Assembly: GCA_965247115.1 (NCBI GenBank)
Contig: CBDFGR010000003.1
Span: 1,152,001 to 1,216,000 of the forward strand
Direction of reading: 5' to 3'
DNA length: 64,000 bases
DNA from: Myxococcota bacterium
Lineage (GTDB): Bacteria; Myxococcota_A; UBA9160; SZUA-336
Numbering within the stretch: position 1 is the first letter of the stretch; every line of letters begins with the position of its first letter. Shown here piece by piece: positions 61,436 through 64,000 of this stretch. The notes below the pieces were generated by a model that worked only from the letters and a program-made list of their open reading frames with translations, had not been told where the DNA came from and ran no database searches. A program made the translations under genes and the position numbers.

Positions 61436-61802
61436 GAACTGGCGGACGGGGACCACGGGCAGCACGCGATCGACTAGGTGGGCGGCGGTGTCGGCCATGC
61501 GGCGGCCGCCGCAGGAGGGGCAGAACCCCCGCCCCTTGCATGAGAATGCGACGAGCCGGTCGTGTCCGCAGGCCACGCAGCGAAGGCGCACGAAGCCGTA
61601 GCACAGCAAGCCACACTCGAGGTAAGCGCGCAGCTCACGCTCTACGAAACGGGGGACCGGGCGCTCCCGCTCCTGGGCGTGCGCGAGGAATGTCTCGACG
61701 TGCTCGCGGAGGACGGTATGAAGCACGCCGTTCTCGGGTTCCCGCCTCGAGCGGTCGCACTCCGCGGGTGGGCTCGGACGAAGAGGGGGCTCGGGAGACA
61801 TG
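61436..61802 (-). pseudogene. IS91-family transposase zinc-binding N-terminus, truncated at the IS110 end
   Basis: YLECGLLCYGFVRLRCVACGHDRLVAFSCKGRGFCPSCGGRRM...VPVRQF then an abrupt break. Confidence 0.88.
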
Positions 61803-62056
61803 CAGGCGGCGCAATGCGAAGCCGATGCCCACGCTGGCACCCTCTTCGGCGTTGGAGAGGCGGTCCGAGCGGTGCAAGTTCACTCTCGTACACATCCCCG
61901 TGGCGACGCGGGCTCACGAGACAATCGGCGATGGGCCGGATGGGCGCATCCCGCTCGCTAGATTCAGTTCATGCAACGTCTGGAGGCGACGAGGTTCCGC
62001 GAGCCTCGTCCACAACATTCAACTCCGGAACGGCCGAGGACCCGGTCCGCAAGACT

Positions 62057-62495
62057 TCAGACGTCCCAGGCCCGTCTCCGAACCGCGTCGATCAGCTGCT
62101 GCGGTGCGATGTGTCGGAGATACCGATCGGTGGTCGCGAGGCTCGAGTGGCCGAGCTGAGCCTGGACGAGATTCGTTGGGAACCCCTCAGCCGCCAACTC
62201 AGCAGCGTGCGAGTGGCGGAGGCCGTGCGCGTGGACGCGCTTCTCGATGCCGACCTTGAGGGCGAGGCGCCGCAGCAGCGCCCGCACGTAGGCGTCCTTG
62301 AGGGGAGCTCCGCCGAGCGTGCATAAGACAGGCTGACGACCATCGACGCCCAGCTCCCGCCGCCGGTCCAGCCAGCGGTCGACGAGCGCGAAGGCACCGG
62401 GGTCCAGGCCGATCGTGCGGCGCTTGTCGCCCTTGCCGTGGAGAACGGCCACTGTTCCCGCCCGTGGGTCCAGGTCCTTCGGAAGGAGCGCAAGC
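62057..62495 (-). pseudogene. Tyrosine recombinase catalytic half, 5'-truncated
   Basis: GKGDKRR, HGLRHSHA, QLGHSSLATTDRYL. Confidence 0.88.
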
Positions 62496-63455
62496 GACGC
62501 GAAGCTGCGCGGACTCGGCGAGATCACGGACCTCGTTCGTGCAAGCGCGGCGCAGCCGATGATCCGTGCTGCGAGGGAAGCTGCGGGGGACGCTGTGAGG
62601 GACGCTGCGGAGGTCGCTGCGTGGATCGCTGCGAGGGAAGCTGCGGGGAACGCTGCGCGGATCGCTGCGGGGGACGCTGCGGGGGCCGCTGCGGGGGACG
62701 CTGCGAGGGACGCTGCGAGGGACGCTGCGAGGGACGCTGTGGGGGCCGCTGCGGGGGACGCTGCGGGGGCCGCTGCGAGGGACGCTGTGGGGGCCGCTGC
62801 GGGGGCCGCTGCGAGGGACGCTGCGAGGGACGCTGTGGGGGCCGCTGCGGGGGCCGCTGCGAGGGACGCTGCGAGGGACGCTGCGAGGGACGCTGCGAGG
62901 GACGCTGCGAGGGACGCTGTGGGGGCCGCTGCGGGGGACGCTGCGAGGGACGCTGCGGGGGCCGCTGCGGGGGCCGCTGCGAGGGACGCTGCGAGGGACG
63001 CTGCGGGGGCCGCTGCGGGGGCCGCTGCGAGGGACGCTGCGTGGGACGCTGTGGGGGCCGCTGCGGGGGCCGCTGCGAGGGACGCTGCGGGGGCCGCTGC
63101 GGGGGCCGCTGCGGGGGACGCTGCGAGGGACGCTGCGGGGGCCGCTGCGGGGGCCGCTGCGAGGGACGCTGCGAGGGACGCTGCGGGGGCCGCTGCGGGG
63201 GCCGCTGCGAGGGACGCTGCGTGGGACGCTGTGGGGGCCGCTGCGGGGGCCGCTGCGAGGGACGCTGCGAGGGACGCTGCGGGGGACGCTGCGGGGGACG
63301 CTGCGAGGGTCGCTGCGGGAGCCGCGGCGGGGGCCGCTGCGAGGGTCACCGCGTGGGACGCTGCGAGTGCCGCGCTCGAGCCGACCGTGCTCACGCTCCA
63401 GGATTCGGCACGCGATCTCGTTTGTCGAATGCTCGCGGTGGGGGAGTCCGCATGA
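62496..63455 (+). CDS. Phage-type Ala-rich repeat protein (DAAR/AAAG/DAAW), 5'-truncated
   Basis: LRGLGEITD before the repeat and ALEPTVLTLQDSARDLVCRM after it are in one frame. Confidence 0.65.
   Translation, partial: DAKLRGLGEITDLVRASAAQPMIRAAREAAGDAVRDAAEVAAWIAAREAAGNAARIAAGDAAGAAAGDAARDAARDAARDAVGAAAGDAAGAAARDAVGAAAGAAARDAARDAVGAAAGAAARDAARDAARDAARDAARDAVGAAAGDAARDAAGAAAGAAARDAARDAAGAAAGAAARDAAWDAVGAAAGAAARDAAGAAAGAAAGDAARDAAGAAAGAAARDAARDAAGAAAGAAARDAAWDAVGAAAGAAARDAARDAAGDAAGDAARVAAGAAAGAAARVTAWDAASAALEPTVLTLQDSARDLVCRMLAVGESA
62566..63367 (+). repeat. 12-bp tandem array, consensus G(A/C)CGCTG(C/T)G(A/G/T)GG, about 65-67 units
   Basis: Read directly; 180-bp higher-order period (62941-63060 identical to 63121-63240; 62701-62760 identical to 62881-62940). 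Confidence 0.97.
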
Positions 63456-63486
63456 TGCGCCGTGCCGAGCGGGCCCGGAGGTCACG

Positions 63487-63717
63487 ATGCGACTGGAGGA
63501 GATCGTGAAGCGGCGCCCCACGACGCGCCTGCGGAACCGCCGCGAGCTCGCGCACGGTCGCCGCGTTGCCCCGACGCCCGAGCTCGTGCCGATCGATCGC
63601 GTCCTCGGACCTGAGCGCTGTGTCCTGTGCCGGGAAGAGGCCGCCGACGACATCACGGGCCTTGACGACAAGGGCGTGTGTCTCACCTGCCGAGCGGCCG
63701 CACGGCTGCGGTTATGA
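63487..63717 (+). CDS. Small CxxC...CxxC phage-like protein
   Basis: CVLC...CLTC; GGAGG RBS; ATGA-coupled to the next gene. Confidence 0.55.
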   Translation: MRLEEIVKRRPTTRLRNRRELAHGRRVAPTPELVPIDRVLGPERCVLCREEAADDITGLDDKGVCLTCRAAARLRL

Positions 63718-63938
63718 GCATCGAGATTATCGAGAGCCGGGCGCACCCCACGATGTGCGCGATGTACTGCACCACCTCCGACGTAGCCTTCGGGCCCGTG
63801 TTCACGTCCCATGAAGAGGCGGAGCGGTTCATCGCCTATTGCTGGCTCCAGACGGGCGATGACCCTCGGGGCGTCGAAGGGTGCGTCCTAGAGCGCCTGG
63901 TCACGGAGATGCGAAAAGAAGAGCCATGCGCCCTTTGA
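63714..63938 (+). CDS. Small phage-like hypothetical protein
   Basis: AMYCTTSDVAFGPVF...DPR; coupled start and stop. Confidence 0.55.
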   Translation: MSIEIIESRAHPTMCAMYCTTSDVAFGPVFTSHEEAERFIAYCWLQTGDDPRGVEGCVLERLVTEMRKEEPCAL

Positions 63939-64000
63939 TCGTCGCGCCCAAGCCCTTCCCGCGCGTCCCGCAAGACCTCCGCGAATTGCTCGCGGAAATC

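Noticed and set aside
62566..63367. CRISPR array or complete DGR
   Set aside because: Units are contiguous with no unique spacers; no cas genes, reverse transcriptase or template-variable repeat pair in the window
62057..63812. Cys-rich RCGG/RCEG protein, RSVP-repeat protein, or integrase with an Ala/Pro-rich N-terminus
   Set aside because: Alternative frames of the stop-free 12-mer array; only the DAAR/AAAG frame has protein-like flanks on both sides

Overview
High-GC bacterial DNA from a diderm host (TonB receptor, MlaA domain, Tat and Sec exported enzymes). Most of the window is accessory and many genes are truncated or frameshifted. 1-5.1 kb: ATP-dependent DNA ligase (partial), gpsA, a Baeyer-Villiger monooxygenase and a 2-hydroxyacid dehydrogenase. 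5.6-8.6 kb: a compositionally distinct MotB/ZorB-like plus MotA/ZorA-like pair in B-then-A order, with the long coiled coil on B and no effector genes beside it. 8.9-24 kb: assorted enzymes, including an MlaY-like lipase fused to an MlaA/MlaZ domain, and three increasingly degenerate copies of a tRNA 3' end (probably Leu) that look like stacked att sites. 24.3-38.9 kb: a decayed podovirus-like prophage with three DNA methyltransferases, a 3-kb IS1-family element carrying an HTH-ImmA/IrrE module, and a lysis-type cluster containing a PLA2-like gene. 39.9-60.2 kb: a periplasmic oxidation island with four cytochrome c-PQQ dehydrogenase paralogs (conserved scaffold, mosaic variable loops), two Tat-exported SpdH-like flavoproteins, two inverted membrane-protein paralogs and a TonB-dependent receptor. 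60.2-64 kb: an IS110 with a structured leader, IS91 and integrase remnants, and a phage-type gene built from a ~800-bp 12-mer array. All family calls come from reading motifs by eye; no database searches were run.
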